Under the pieces are notes generated by a model. It saw only the letters and a list, made by a program, of their open reading frames with translations, was not told the origin of the DNA and searched no databases. From the NCBI GenBank assembly GCA_013265495.1, contig MU058844.1, forward strand, positions 6,075,260 through 6,139,259: DNA of 64,000 nucleotides, given 5' to 3'. Source of the DNA: Vicugna vicugna. Lineage: Eukaryota. Numbering within the stretch: the stretch's first letter is position 1; every line of letters starts with the position of its first letter. This document shows positions 28,324 through 40,933 of the stretch, one piece after another. The translations under genes were made by a program, and so were the position numbers.

Positions 28324-28780
28324 TGTAGGGAAGTTAAGATTTGCCACCCCAAAATGTCTCTTTGGCACGCAGAGTATTTGGGGCTGAAAACAATCAAGGC
28401 GCAAAAGACTCAGGAAGAAACTTTGACTTCCCCCTAATTACCTAAAAAATGTTTTAGAGCGAGGGGCTGTACCTGGAATAGACTGTCACAGAGTTGTCCG
28501 CAAAGAATATGGGTGGGGTGTGGTTGTGGGAGGAACAGGGCCTAGAGACGTATCCATTCTGTGTTCCATTGTCTCCGCAGGGCCCAGCAAACATTTATTT
28601 AATAAACATTTGCCTTTTTAACTCCATGTGAATTGCCTTTCTCCCCTTTGAAGTCCCCAATCCCTACCCTCAACATCCTGTTTTGCCTTCAGCTGAAGAT
28701 GATACTTAAATGAGGGTTTCCGTCATTTTGGTGAGTTACTCAGATTTCAGACTACTTGTGTGTTAAGCATATATTTGGAT
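28324..28780 (+). mobile_element. ERV1-class solo LTR (MER34/MER39-like)
   Basis: TGTAGGGAAGTTAAGATTTGCCACCCCAAAATGTCTCTTTGGCA start; right boundary approximate. Confidence 0.75.
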
Positions 28781-29439
28781 TCAGGAAGAAACATTTATTT
28801 GTGAAAATACGACACGTCCAGTAAGATATAGTTGAGAGTAGATTAACAAACCATTCTAACTTTACTTATATTACACTAAGAAACATATTGTCAGAGCATT
28901 CTGAAGTTTCTGTAATTTAGTAAGTATGCTACTACCTAAGGGCATTTAGAACAATTTACTAAATTGTGAAACAGTTATTTATAATAAAATATAATTCAAT
29001 TATATATTCATATATCCAGGGATATAAATCTAATTGTAATTAGAAAATTATTGGCATCAAAAAGACTGAGTATAATAGAAGAATATAATGAAGGCTAAGA
29101 AAACAAAAATACTATTTGTGGGCAAGAAAAATTTACTTAATTATGTTGAGAAAAATCAGATTGATAGCATTTGAGTTGCGTGTTAAAGCAATAAATTCTA
29201 ATTAATTGCGTAGGATGGCTTGTACCTTTTCAGAAATGCTTATTTTTATTATGAAAAGAAACTTTCCACATGACATGCCTGTAAATAGCTAAACCTTCCA
29301 AGAGAGCACCATCCAGTTTTTTCTAAACAATATCCCCCCTGAAAAGAAAAACATTTCTCAGGATTCAACAACACATTCATGAAGCAGCATGTGTTTACTT
29401 CAAGGCCTGTCATTCCTGAGAAATACAGGCCCAAGCCTG

Positions 29440-30310
29440 CTTCGTCTGTGACAGCTAATAATACCCCAGAATTGACAAGAACTATTATCTTTATATTAGT
29501 TATGCCCTGTCCCTGCCTTGAAAGTCTTACTTCATACGCAAGCTCGACTTTTGGTCATTAAAGGCAACTTCGCTGCAGAGCAACTGAAATGGCAGCGGTT
29601 GTCCGTAAACCTGTCTATGCCTGCGGAAAGGAGGAGGGTGAGGCAGTTTCTAATTTGAATGAGACGTGGGTGGTGGGCAACCTTGCTAGTGTGGCAAGCT
29701 GGAGCTCAGCAGAGCTCTTGTGAGAATTTCGTACACAAAAGCAGCCTAGTAAGAGATTTACGTGAGAAGGTGGAGACTTAACTTGAAGGAGGGGCTACAT
29801 CACCTGTGTGCTAGTAAGCTTATCTGCTGATTGTAATTCTTCACAGGAAAGGAGTCTAAGAGAATCCGTCTTCAAGGGAAGCCCAGTTGGGCATGTTTCC
29901 TGGGAGCAGTGTTGGTGATGCCCTGAGCTACCTAGGCACCCAGGTTGGGGAGCCCCGCCTGAATCAGTGAGACCATTTCCGTTGGATAGAAACACAAAGA
30001 AAGTGATGATCTAGTCCCAGGTGGCTGCCTAGGCAATCCCGCTTGTTTAAAAGCTTTTTAAAGTTCATCCACGTTACAGAACACCTGGAGCAGATTCACT
30101 TAGCTCATTTTAAACTTGAAAAAAAAGATGGGAGGGGGCGATAAGTTGAGCACCTTCGTCTCAACAGGGAGTTGTAAATCAGCCTGGTGCTTAACACATG
30201 AAAGGAACTTATTTCGCTGCAGAATCTCTCTTAATTTTGTAGTTCTGGGGATGAAAGGCCTTTCCATAGAATCTGAAAAGAATATTGTAATAGAGCCGCT
30301 AGCGTAAAAT
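29440..30310. promoter_or_regulatory. CpG-enriched promoter/enhancer-like patch with GC box and X-box-like palindrome
   Basis: About 20 CpGs by eye in CpG-poor surroundings; GCCCCGCCT at 29952-29960; GCTGCCTAGGCAAT at 30024-30037. Confidence 0.35.
29531..29620 (-). other. Candidate 90-nt internal exon
   Basis: Acceptor CCTCCTCCTTTCCGCAG|G, donor GAA|GTAAGA, CpG-rich, no recognisable repeat. Confidence 0.35.
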
Positions 30311-30340
30311 TTACAAATTTAATTCTTTCATATGGCTTGC

Positions 30341-30393
30341 TTTATTTATTTATTTATTTGTTTGTTTTAAATTGAAGTACAGTCAGTTACAAT
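30341..30393 (-). mobile_element. Extremely 5'-truncated L1 3' terminus with a (TTTA)n/(TTTG)n-converted tail
   Basis: TTTATTTA...TTTTAAATTGAAGTACAGTCAGTTACAAT matches the antisense L1 end. Confidence 0.6.
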
Positions 30394-31589
30394 TTTTTTA
30401 AATGTACTAATAAAATTGGGTAATTCTGACTACCTTGTAAGCAAGAATTGCAGAGGGTAATTTAAAAGTTTTCATTATCTGGTCTTTATGATCCTTAAAT
30501 GTAAGAAAGAAGTGGGATTTAGCAAAAAAAAAAAATCTTAATTAGGCCAGGCTTGAAAATTGCAATAAATACGATGGGGTTGCATGGATTGGCAAAGGAG
30601 TCTTAGCAAGATGTAACAGGGTAGAATCAGTGTTGGAGCAATTATTTTAGCAGTAAGCTCATTTTCTTCATGTAAATGATGGCCTTAGTCACTTGTAGGC
30701 AGATTCACTCATGAGGCAATGCTCTTGATACTTAGACTTAACATTGGCAATGCATGGTGGATGAAAATTCTTCACACATGGCTTCTTCCTCTACAAAGGA
30801 AGTTTCCTATAGGTTTTGTTTTTTTATTTGCTTTTGCTTTTTCAAGTCAGCAAAAGGATGGAGATCACGTTTTTGAAAGTAAGCCCTTGAAAAGAAGCCA
30901 CAGAGAGGTGTCAGCAAGCCTAGGCCTGCTTTCTCATCCACAAAGCAATGAATTTATTTTATTTTCCTTTGTGCTGAACAATATATGTGGAGAAATAGAC
31001 CTGAGGTTCATGGGAAATAAAGACTGAACTGGATTGCTAATCAGCATTCTGAGTTGTGCTCAGGAATGTTCTGTCTGTATTACATTGACCTCCAAGTAGA
31101 TGAAAAAAAAAAAGTACATAAAAGAATTGGTTGATGAATGTAGGTATGGGTGGCAGTTTCCTGTCGGTGGGCCAAGACTGGGCTGATGAAATGCTTCATT
31201 GAAGTGTTTGCCTCAAAACAGAATGCTCTATATAGTGAGGAAAGTTTCAGACAAAACTCTATATAAATACTACTAACTTGAGGACACTATGATATTTTTC
31301 AGACAACAGGTGTTTTTGTCTAACAGGTTCATCGTCTTTCTCCTATATATTTAACTTCTCCCAATTTCTATTGGTTCTTTGCTTTTAGGATAAATAGATA
31401 TAGATATTGATTTAAATGTAGATTTAGATATAAATATAGATGTATGTATATGTTCAAGGATCTCAATTCTAAACATTATCCAATGATACAATTGACACCA
31501 ACCTAGCTCTCTACAGTTTCTCGATAAACTCTTGACTCACCTTTCTTAGTTTCCTTTTTGGCTCTGTTATCAGGAATCTATCCCTGAAT

Positions 31590-32340
31590 GATCATTCTTT
31601 TCTTTCCATACACATACCCTCTTTGGCAACATTATCCTTCATGGCTGTAACCAAAGTCTATAAACTCAATAGCCTCAAATGTGTATTTCCAGGTCGGACC
31701 TTGAACCTGCCTTCCAGAATAGTTAATATTTCAAACACAACATGATCAATGCCAAATTACATGTCATCCCTTGTTCCCCATACCTATTCATGTACAAAAC
31801 CCCAATTAATGAAAGATATGTCTACAGAGATACCAATACCCAATATTGCTTACGGGAGCAACGAAAAATCAAAGCACATGCTTCCCAGTGGCTTCCAGAA
31901 GCTTCTGGTCCTTGAAAGTGCTACTGATGTGCAACAAATCTTACTGTGCTGAGGTTGCTCATTATGTCTTCTCCAAGAACCACAAAGCCATTGTGGATAG
32001 AGAAGCCCAGCTAGCCATCAGAGTCTCCAATTCCAATGCCAGGCTATGAAATGAAGAAAGTGAATGGACAGCTCATGTGCACATTGTATTTGTGTTAGTA
32101 AAACCGTAAGACTCTGCAAAAAACAACCACCACCTTTGAGTCAGTTTATACCCTACATTTTCCCTCCCACTTAATCACCAATTCTGATACTTAAGCTTGT
32201 GAACTACCTCTCCTTTCCTATAGCAACTGCCCTAGTTCCGGGCTATCAATAAATCTTACCTGGACTATTGAAATAGCCATTTAATTGGCTCCTTGCCTCC
32301 ATTCTTACCCGTCATTAATTCACCTTTGATGCCATTACTA
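31590..32340 (+). mobile_element. L2 fragment interrupted by the RPL32 retrocopy
   Basis: CTCAAATGTGTATTTCCAG on the left; CTGCCCTAGTTCCGGG...TCTTACCTGGACTATTGAAATAGCC on the right. Confidence 0.6.
31828..32123 (+). pseudogene. RPL32: 5'-truncated processed pseudogene of ribosomal protein L32
   Basis: [24 protein letters not shown], then frameshifted [43 protein letters not shown], matching the RPL32 C-terminal half. HNVKE is missing, there is a premature TGA, no intron, and a short 3' UTR with an A-rich end. Confidence 0.95.
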
Positions 32341-33474
32341 AATAACAGAACGTGAAAGAATATTCGATTTCTACAAACAAAGTGTGATTTGACTATTTGA
32401 AAACAATTTCAAGGAGTGATTAACCACATTTCTATACTTGGCATATGTCATTCTTCAGGTCATCAAGTATAGAATATGATTAGTCTGTAAAATAATAAGT
32501 TCATCACCCCCATAGCTACACTCCCACAAGATTTCCCTTGGAAATCTACCTCTGCGCAAATGCTCCCTCTTACTTGAAGTGGAAGGGTTCTTCCTGAAGT
32601 GTTTTTTTAAAAGTGTTATCATTCTCTATTTGGATAAGATGTTGTTCTAAAGGGATACATCCATGCCTCATCACCATCCCAATGAGGAGAATTACTCTTG
32701 TCTTTCATCAGAGAATAAGTGATCCATTGACATATACTGCCAGAGAAAATCTGTCTGAACTCCTCTTCCACTCCACTCTTAGCTCCATTTGACAGCAAAG
32801 AAATCTACCCTCGCCCAGGAACAAGAGAACTAAGAGAACTTCTGGTTATGGAGGTTAAGAAGGAAATAGAATGAGTTTCTAATCTTGGGGGTTGGAAATA
32901 GCTTGGAATTTAATTTGCATCTATAGTTTTGAATCCTTAAATCGTGAACCCTTAATGGAGAGAGAAGCAGAGAAAGGAAGGTAAAACTTTGACTTAAAAG
33001 GATTGAGCTCAGAAAAGGCATAGAATGAGAAATTTTGGAGTCCTCTCCTCAGTGGAATAATTCTCGTACCTAGCTAAAGCCTGAACAGTCTGTTGCCCAT
33101 CAAAAGTTCATGGCCTTAAAAAGTTAATCACACTATTGAGTAACATTTTTAAAAAGTGTAGTAGGCTCCACTACCAAGAAGAAACATCCTGGAAAATATA
33201 AAATATCAAGATCACATTCCAAAATTAGATACCCTTTCATGATAAAAAGACCCAGACTGACAAAGTAAAGTATTAGATATACTTTTAGTACACCCTCTGG
33301 GTTTTATCTGATTCTATAAATAAGTATAGCTTTAACTAGCTTTCTTTTTATTATGCCATTTTACATATCTGTTAGGAGAGAATATAACTCATAAAAAATG
33401 ATAGCAGTGCAAATCAATATGGCCCAGTAAGGAAAGGTAAACTTGATTTTTACCCCATAGAAAAGATAACACCA

Positions 33475-33643
33475 TATACAAGATCTCATGGTAGCTCACC
33501 GCAAAAAAAAAAAAAAAGTGGCAATGAATATATGTATGTTCATGTATAACTGAAAAATTGTGCTCTATACTGGAATTTGACACAACATTGTAAAATGACT
33601 ATAACTCAATAAAAAATGTTAAAAGAAAAAGTTAAAAAACCCC
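33475..33643 (+). mobile_element. Young L1 3' end (camelid-type), 5'-truncated
   Basis: AATTGTGCTCTATACTGGAATTTGACACAACATTGTAAAATGACTATAACTCAATAAAAAA; perfect 11-bp TSD AGATAACACCA at 33464-33474 and 33644-33654. Confidence 0.9.
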
Positions 33644-33880
33644 AGATAACACCAAATATGTCCTAATACTGTCGTATAGAAGACTAAGGTGTTTTGAATC
33701 CATTAACAAATTAATTTCAGCATTTCTGAAGGCTTGATTGCCAAATTCTCCTTTGAATTGATTATTACAACTTACTAGTTTGCTCATTAATTAATGAATT
33801 AAATAAAACTTTGCCCCCTGTTCATTTTATATGAGTCATAATTTTACCTTTTTGAAAATTATAATTTAGTAGCTTTATAG

Positions 33881-33970
33881 TCAGAAGGAAGTCCTAGGAA
33901 AACCAATCAATAAATTTAGTGAATCCTCTGATAGGAGGGTTCAAACGTCTTGTCACATGGCCCATGAAAG
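33881..33970 (+). other. Candidate 90-nt internal exon on the plus strand
   Basis: Acceptor CTTTATAG|T, donor AAG|GTGAGT; one open frame, QKEVLGKPINKFSESSDRRVQTSCHMAHE. Confidence 0.25.
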
Positions 33971-34814
33971 GTGAGTTATTGCCTTATTTCACACAGGTAT
34001 CTATATATCAAGAATATGAAGTAGGAGAATCTTGCCAAACAAAATGATACTACACTTTTGCTATCTAGATGTGTAGTATTTCTAAACATAGAAAACTTTA
34101 ATTTAGAGTTTGCCTAAAGGCAGCAGGTGCTGGGTAATTTTTATCATTTGATTTCTACGTAAATGTCTAATTTCTTAGCAGCAATGAGACATTTTTGACG
34201 AAAGGGGTAGAATTTTGGTAGAGGAATTTTTGCGATAAAGATTAATGTTGATTGGAGTACACATTTATAAATTTAAATTACTTGAACCTTTTCGTGAATG
34301 GTACAGTGTATCATTACAAAACAATAACAAAAATAAATAAATAAAGCTCCCCTTTCCTCAAAATAGCTATCCAGCCATTAGACTCAATCAAATCCAATTT
34401 GATTTAACATTTTTAATGCACCTATACTCTGATGAATAAGGCAAAGCATTTGGCTCTTTCAGTGCTAAAAGAAATAGATAAGGCAGGCATTTTACCTGCA
34501 GGAGCTCCAAATCAGGTAGGAGAGAATGAAATGAATACCTATAAGTAGAATGCAAGGAAGGAAACTAATTCTCATATAGATCTTTCTCTCATTTATGGAT
34601 GACTGATACACTCTTTGAAATAATGTAGTGATGATGTTTCTTTCTTTACAATAGGCATTCAGATTAATAAGAGAAATTCAAAAAATAAGAGACGATACAA
34701 GCATTTTGTGAAGTAAACATCAGTACATTTTAGGAGCTCATTCCAGTGCCCTAGTGAATGAAGCGGGCAGGGATAACTACTCAGGGCAAGATGACAGATG
34801 CCCAGGAGACAGCA

Positions 34815-35115
34815 CCTTCCTAAAAATTCATCCATTTCTTCTATGTTGTCCATTTTATTGGCTTAGAGTTGCTCACAGTAGCCTCTTACAATCCTTTGTG
34901 TTTCTGTTTTGTTGGTTGTAACTTCTTTTTTATTTCTGATTTTATTGGTTTAGGCCCTCTTCCTTTTTCCCTTGATGAGTCTGGCTAAAGGTTTATCAAT
35001 TTTGTTTGTCTTTTCAAAGAGCCAGGTTTTGGTTTTATTGATCTTTTCTATTGTATTTTTAGTCTCTATTTTATTTATTTCTGCTCTGATTATGATGATT
35101 TCTTTCCTTCTACTT
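34815..35115 (-). mobile_element. L1 ORF2 internal fragment
   Basis: Minus-strand DNIEEMDEFL motif; GAGTCTGGCTAAAGGTTTATCAATTTTG. Confidence 0.85.
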
Positions 35116-35169
35116 AGAATTAGGTCTTTGTCTTTTAGTAAGATTTTACCTCTAGACTGTAAACTTCAC

Positions 35170-35770
35170 AAGTGTTGCTGTTTTTCCCTACCTCCCTAGG
35201 TGGGATTGGATGACTAGGGCCAGCTGGAGTTGGGTGTGTCCCTTCCCCCAGAGCAGGGAGGCTCTGATATTACCCCAGCAGCTTAGGCTCTGTTAATTAG
35301 TTTCTCCTGAAGGCAGGCCTTATTAAGGAGAACAGAGTGTTTCGATGAATTTCAAGATGGTTCCCTCTCCCTTCCCCTGCTGAAAGCCTGCGGGGATTTT
35401 TATCCAGTATTTACTAGATCTACTCGAGTTCCTGGAAGTAAATTTCCCAGAGTGAGAGCCCCTCAAAGACGGGGCTCCCGTATGACTTGTCTGCACTGAG
35501 CCTCCAGTCATTCATCAAGTACAGTTGAAAGTTTCATTCCCAGAGCTGGTTCCCCAGCGGTTTCTCCTCCGTGAGTCTCTGTTCTGGTAAGCCACAGCTC
35601 CCTGTATTCGTCTGTTTGTCTTCTTAATCTTGAAGGCTGCCTTTTGCTCTGTGTCTTCCCGTCTGCTTTGGATGTGGAATACGTTGTTGATTTTTCAGTC
35701 TGTTCGGCTTTTTACTTGTTTGGACAGAGTGGTGAATTTCCAAGCTCCTTAAATGGGCAACTGGAAACCC
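35170..35770 (-). mobile_element. Old L1M 5' region
   Basis: GCTGGAGTTGGGTGTGTCCCTTCCCC...GTTGTTGATTTTTCAGTCTGTTCGGCTTTTTACTTGTT. Confidence 0.6.
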
Positions 35771-35771
35771 A

Positions 35772-36010
35772 CCTTACCTATTCCTCTGTTGATGGGCATT
35801 TCCAATAGTATTTCTGGCTTTTAATATACTGTGTTGTCAAATCTACTATACTTTACCAAACTGTTTTCAAAAGTTAGACCGAATTACCCTCCCATGAGCA
35901 GTGCTGGAGTGTTCTCTCTCCATTTTCTCAACAATATCTGGTATCATCAGATTTTTATCTTTGCTGGTCCAATAGATGTGAAAAGGTATCTTATTGTTGT
36001 TTTAATGTGT
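35772..36010 (-). mobile_element. L1ME-like fragment
   Basis: TCCTCTGTTGATGGGCATT...GGTATCTTATTGTTGTTTTAAT. Confidence 0.65.
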
Positions 36011-37039
36011 TGGTATTACATTATTCTTATTTTAAAAATTAAGACTTTAAGGCACAACAAAGTTTCATAACTTACAGTCATAGACCTGGTAGGGATTCCT
36101 AGAACATTGGAGAGGAAATTTGGGTCTCTGAAATAAAATCTTTCCCTGTTGGTAATTCTTTCCAAGCTTTATTTGTCTTGTATTCAGTAAGTTATGAAAA
36201 GAACATTAGCCAAAAATAATCTGACTTTTGAAAACTTTCAATCCAAAGTGAGCTCTTGAGAATATGTGTTATTAAAATAGAAAAAGTACTGGGCTCTGTA
36301 AAAGGTTTCGGTGGTACATCTGATTTGACACCAGATAATTGCAGAGTTGGGTAGACATTTAAACCATCTGGTACTTAGTTTGCTCACCTGTTAAATGAGG
36401 GGGGAGTAGGACCAAAGGATTTTATGTCTCATTTCTAAAACAAAATTTTAGATTCCACCCTGACTCCTAATTTATAAGACAAATGAAAGCTAAGCAACTT
36501 TGGTTAAAAAGGTGTGGGAGGTCGGCCTGGTCGTCCCCTCTTTCTCTATGTCATTCATGACACCTCTGTGGGAGTTTCCCAGGATTGCAAGTAATATAGT
36601 TTAAAAACCACTCTGCAAAATGTCTCTGAGACCGTTCCCCAGTGATAATAACCAGCAAAAGTGCATATAGGTATTCTCAAAAATGGTCCAATGTTGTCAA
36701 AAACAGATGTTCCCTCAACTTGTAACTGCTTTTATCCTTAGTCTTGTTATACCGTGAGTCAATCTGCATCCTTTAAACCCATGACCACACTAAGCAAAAT
36801 TGATAATGCTGGCATTTGTCCCAGGATTGTCAGTTTTTATTTACACTTGTAAAAGCCCTGGGGAAAATGTTCTGGATTAACTGATCCACGAGAGATGCAT
36901 TTCATACACATGAGGTATTACTCTGGATCTAAACATTGGTTGGTTACCACTTCTTTACCCAAATGGTTATAGCTATAATGTCTAACCCCAAAATGTAGTA
37001 GATGAAATTCCAGAAGCATTTTTAGTATGCTATGTGATA

Positions 37040-37192
37040 GTTGGTTTCAATATTTCTGTGCTATTTTAAATGGTGCCTTCTTTATTAAGAAAAAAACAAA
37101 ATGGATTTAAGGTTGGTTTGAATCTTTCTGTGCTATTTTAAATAGTTTCTTCTTCAACTCTTTATTAAGAAAAAAACAAAATGGATTTAAGG
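37040..37192. repeat. Imperfect two-copy tandem duplication (units of about 72 and 81 bp)
   Basis: GTTGGTTT...TTTCTGTGCTATTTTAAAT...TCTTTATTAAGAAAAAAACAAAATGGATTTAAGG occurs twice. Confidence 0.9.
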
Positions 37193-37993
37193 AAGCCTAT
37201 TAAAATATATTTTGTTTTATTTTACCAATTTTCTTTCAACTTTTATACTATCTTTTCTTGTGAGAATAAATCAGTTTACATTTTTGGTAGAGAGAGATCT
37301 TTTACATTTTTAATATTCAATTCCCAGCAAAATGCTCCTTAATGCAGTAGAAAGCTTACAATACTTAGTCCCTTGGTTTTGAAAAGCATTCATGCTATTA
37401 AACCTAGTGATCAACATGCAGGAACACATATTTATTAACTGGTATCTGAAGTATTTTGGAATAGGAAAAAGTATATGTGGAACTGATAGAAAAAAATTAC
37501 ACAGGGATCGAAGACTAAGCAACATGATGAATAATTTATTGCCCTTGGATAATTTTTTCTTTATTCATGAAAGCATGAAAAATTAAGCCACCGAACTATT
37601 TGCCTCTCCTAAGGGAAAGAAAACCACCAAAGCCATTAATATCATATCACTTAAAGAGAATTGGACCTCAGGTTGGAATTTTTTTGAGTGGTGACAGTAA
37701 ACTCTCAGACGGGGCAACTGTGTGCAGAGTGGTGCTGTATAAATCTGTCTGTGTTAATCAGAAAACAAACAGTAAACAATAATGAGGAAAAAATAAGAGT
37801 TGCTTTTCCTAGAAATTAGATATTCTCTAATTGGCTATTTTTAGTGTTAAAGGAGACCCTCACACAGGAAAAATAAGAAGCAAAAGAAATGGAAAAACCA
37901 ATACATGAACCAATACATTGATCAAGGAAGAGATTTAAAGGAAAAAATGAAATTGTTACTTCATACCAGGATAAAAAGTAGAGAGAATACTAT

Positions 37994-38277
37994 GACATAG
38001 AAAATAAACTATGGTTATCAAAAGGGAAAGGATGGGGAGGGGTTAAATAAATTAGGGGTTGCAGATTAGCAGACACACATTACCACATATAAAATAGATA
38101 GACAACAAAAACCTACTGTATAGCACAGGGAACTATATTCAATTTCTTGTAATAACATATAATGGAAAAAAAGCTAAAAAGAAAAAGTATGTCTGTATAT
38201 GTATAACTGAATCACTTTGCTGTACACCTGAAAATAACATTGTAGGTCAACTACACTTCAATAAAACATTTTTTTTT
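37994..38277 (+). mobile_element. Cetartiodactyl-type L1 3' end, 5'-truncated
   Basis: CTACTGTATAGCACAGGGAACTATATTCAA...AACTGAATCACTTTGCTGTACACCTGAAA; 18-bp TSD AAGTRGAGAGAATACTAT at 37976-37993 and 38278-38295. Confidence 0.9.
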
Positions 38278-39054
38278 AAGTGGAGAGAATACTATTTAGG
38301 CATGAAAGTGATATTTTGGAGATGACTTTAGGATTCTAAGCATAAGAGAATCTCTTCAATAAATTTTCATCACTTTCCTCCTATGAATAATTGAAAAAGT
38401 TGAAGTATTTTATTTTTGCTCTAGGACTTCCCTAAGGTTTATTAAAAATATTGTTTTATAATAGAAAAAAGTTAATAACATAAACATTAAACAATTGGGG
38501 TATAATTAAAATATTTTATAGCTCAACCATATGCTAGTGTGCTCATTAAAATTACATCTGAAGACCTACTAAGAACTATTTTTTAAAATAATAGTTAATG
38601 ATATGGGAAATCCTCATCTATAATGTTCTGTGAGGAAGAAGTAGACTACAGAGTGAAGTGGGAAGTTTGTTCTCAGTTTTATAAGAAAAATACATATTTA
38701 CATATTGTGTATATAGAAAAAGGATGGGCAAGAAATAAACCATAATTCATTTTCCAATCAGTAAATATGAACATTATAAAAATAGACAAGCAGTTTCTTT
38801 TGGTCATGACTATGCCTTTATGATAAAATCCCTTACACAAAAAATTTCTTTCCTTTTTGTTTCTTTTTCCCTTAATTCTTTGTCCCATATCACAGTGCCT
38901 GGTAGCTAATAAATTTTTAGTAACTATTTACTGAATATGGAACTGTATTGTCTTGAGTTTAAGACACAGGAAATTCAAATGAGGAATAAAATGTGATTAA
39001 TTTCTTGGTCTTGTACTGGGTTATCTTAATGAGGGGTTTATTAATTTCTATGGA

Positions 39055-39250
39055 CTAGTGCTTAAGATTGCAGGCTCTGGGATATAAATGACTGGGTTCA
39101 GCTCCAGTCCAATATTCAGTGGTGTGAGCTGGGACACATGGCTTAGCCTCTCTATTCCAACTCATTTTTTTTGTGGGTGTTTTAGAAGCACTGAATGAGA
39201 TGGCCCTTGTAAAAGTGCTTAACATAATGTCTGCCTCATTGTAAATTGTT
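39055..39250 (+). mobile_element. MIR SINE
   Basis: GCAGGCTCTGG...CTGGGTTCA...GGCTTAGCCTCTCT...TGTAAAAGTGCTTAACATAATGTCTG. Confidence 0.6.
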
Positions 39251-39806
39251 ATTTTACACTGAACAGTGTTTTTATTATGAAAACAAAAATTATAAACTCA
39301 ACTTAGGTTGTTTAAAATGAAACTGGATAAAGACTAAGTCACAAAGCACAGTAATTTCTAATGAGATGCTTTAAGAGGCTAGAAGATTATTGTGACAAAT
39401 ATTTTAAGAATTTAACATAGTCATTACTTTATTGTAAATATAAGAAAGATTCTGTAAAGTAATATGTATGTGTAATCCCACTTATAGAAGTTCTTTAATC
39501 CATCTGTCCTGTCTATCTCCCTCCATCCATGCATCCGTTCATCCAACCACCCATCCATTTAACCATCTGTAGAGATCTCTAGAGTGAAAATAACACTGGT
39601 TACTTCTGAGTGGTGTGATTTAAGTGATTAATTGCCTTATTTTTTCACACTTTCCTGTAATTGTTGAATATTTCATGAATATGTATAGTGTTTTGTAAAA
39701 GCTATAGGGGTATTAGTTTAAAAAGCATAGAATAAAAGTGAATGTCAACTCAGCCTCTGTTACAATAATTATAAATGTAATTTAGTGGAACAGAACTAAC
39801 AAAATT

Positions 39807-40933
39807 CCACTAAATTTGTATTCTACAGGCAAAAGAGTGATGGAATTGAATGTGTACTATTACCTTTTCATGATACAGAGTAGTAGAATAAATTTAAGAG
39901 ATTTTTTAATTAAGAGAGATGAGACTTTCATACATTTTTAAAGCTTCATTTTGCACCAGAGGAATATGCCTTATGTTCTGAAGGATTTGAGCAATGTGTC
40001 TTACACATAGATCTACAGTCTATTACAAAAAGATATCCTATTGAAGAGAATCATTTGAAATTATTTCTGTGTTGTTTCTAACACTAATATTTTTAATACA
40101 AATGAGAAAGAACCACCTCATAATTGCTGAGTAACATAGGAAATACCTATACAGTAAAACCCCAATTTTTTAATCCCATTTATGTGAGCTCAAAGGTATT
40201 AACAACTACAGCTGCTCACTGTCGTGGGTGCTGTAGTGTGGCTCCCACATTCCCCTCCAGGGATAAAGGTCTCAGTCCCCAGCTATTTAGCAAGGATTTT
40301 CCTGCATCTCAATAGAGCTGCTTTCAAAAAGATATACCCCTTCCTGGAGGGCAGTAGGCCATGTCTTGGCCCCTCTTCCCATTGCAACCTCCTCAAAAAG
40401 TTGGTTACCCCAGTAATGCTAGATAGCATATTTATAAACTTACTTCTTGATTTAATGACTTTAAGTAGCATCTATATACCAACCACTAGAAAAACTGCCA
40501 AATTCAGTGTAATCACTTTTCAATTTTTAAGAATGTCTTTCATATAAAAATAAAGAGGTGATAATGAGAGATATACAAATTAAGTAAGATGGGAAGAAAA
40601 AGTAGGGTGTGAATAACTCTATCTAGGATGACTTCATAGCCTGCCTAAAATTCAAAGGGCAGAGATGAGAGTGAAGGGCATTCTAGAAGGAACTTAGAGG
40701 ACACACAAGATAGGTTGTATCAGAAAATGCCAAGTCAACAGTTTTTTGTTTTTTGTTTTTCCATTGAAGGATATGCTGAGAGAAGCCCACTAAATTTGTA
40801 TTCTACAGGCAAAAGAGTGATGGAATTGAATGTGTACTATTACCTTTTCATGATACAGAGTAGTAGAGTAAATTTAACAGAGATTTTTTGATTAAGAGAG
40901 ATGAGACTTTCATACATTTTTAAAGCTTCATTT
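39807..40933 (+). repeat. Dispersed direct repeat of about 145 bp (39807-39951 and 40787-40933)
   Basis: CCACTAAATTTGTATTCTACAGG...AAAGCTTCATTT twice; two substitutions and one 2-nt indel. Confidence 0.95.

Noticed and set aside
31749..32049. Functional RPL32 gene
   Set aside because: 5' half missing, internal deletion, frameshift and premature stop
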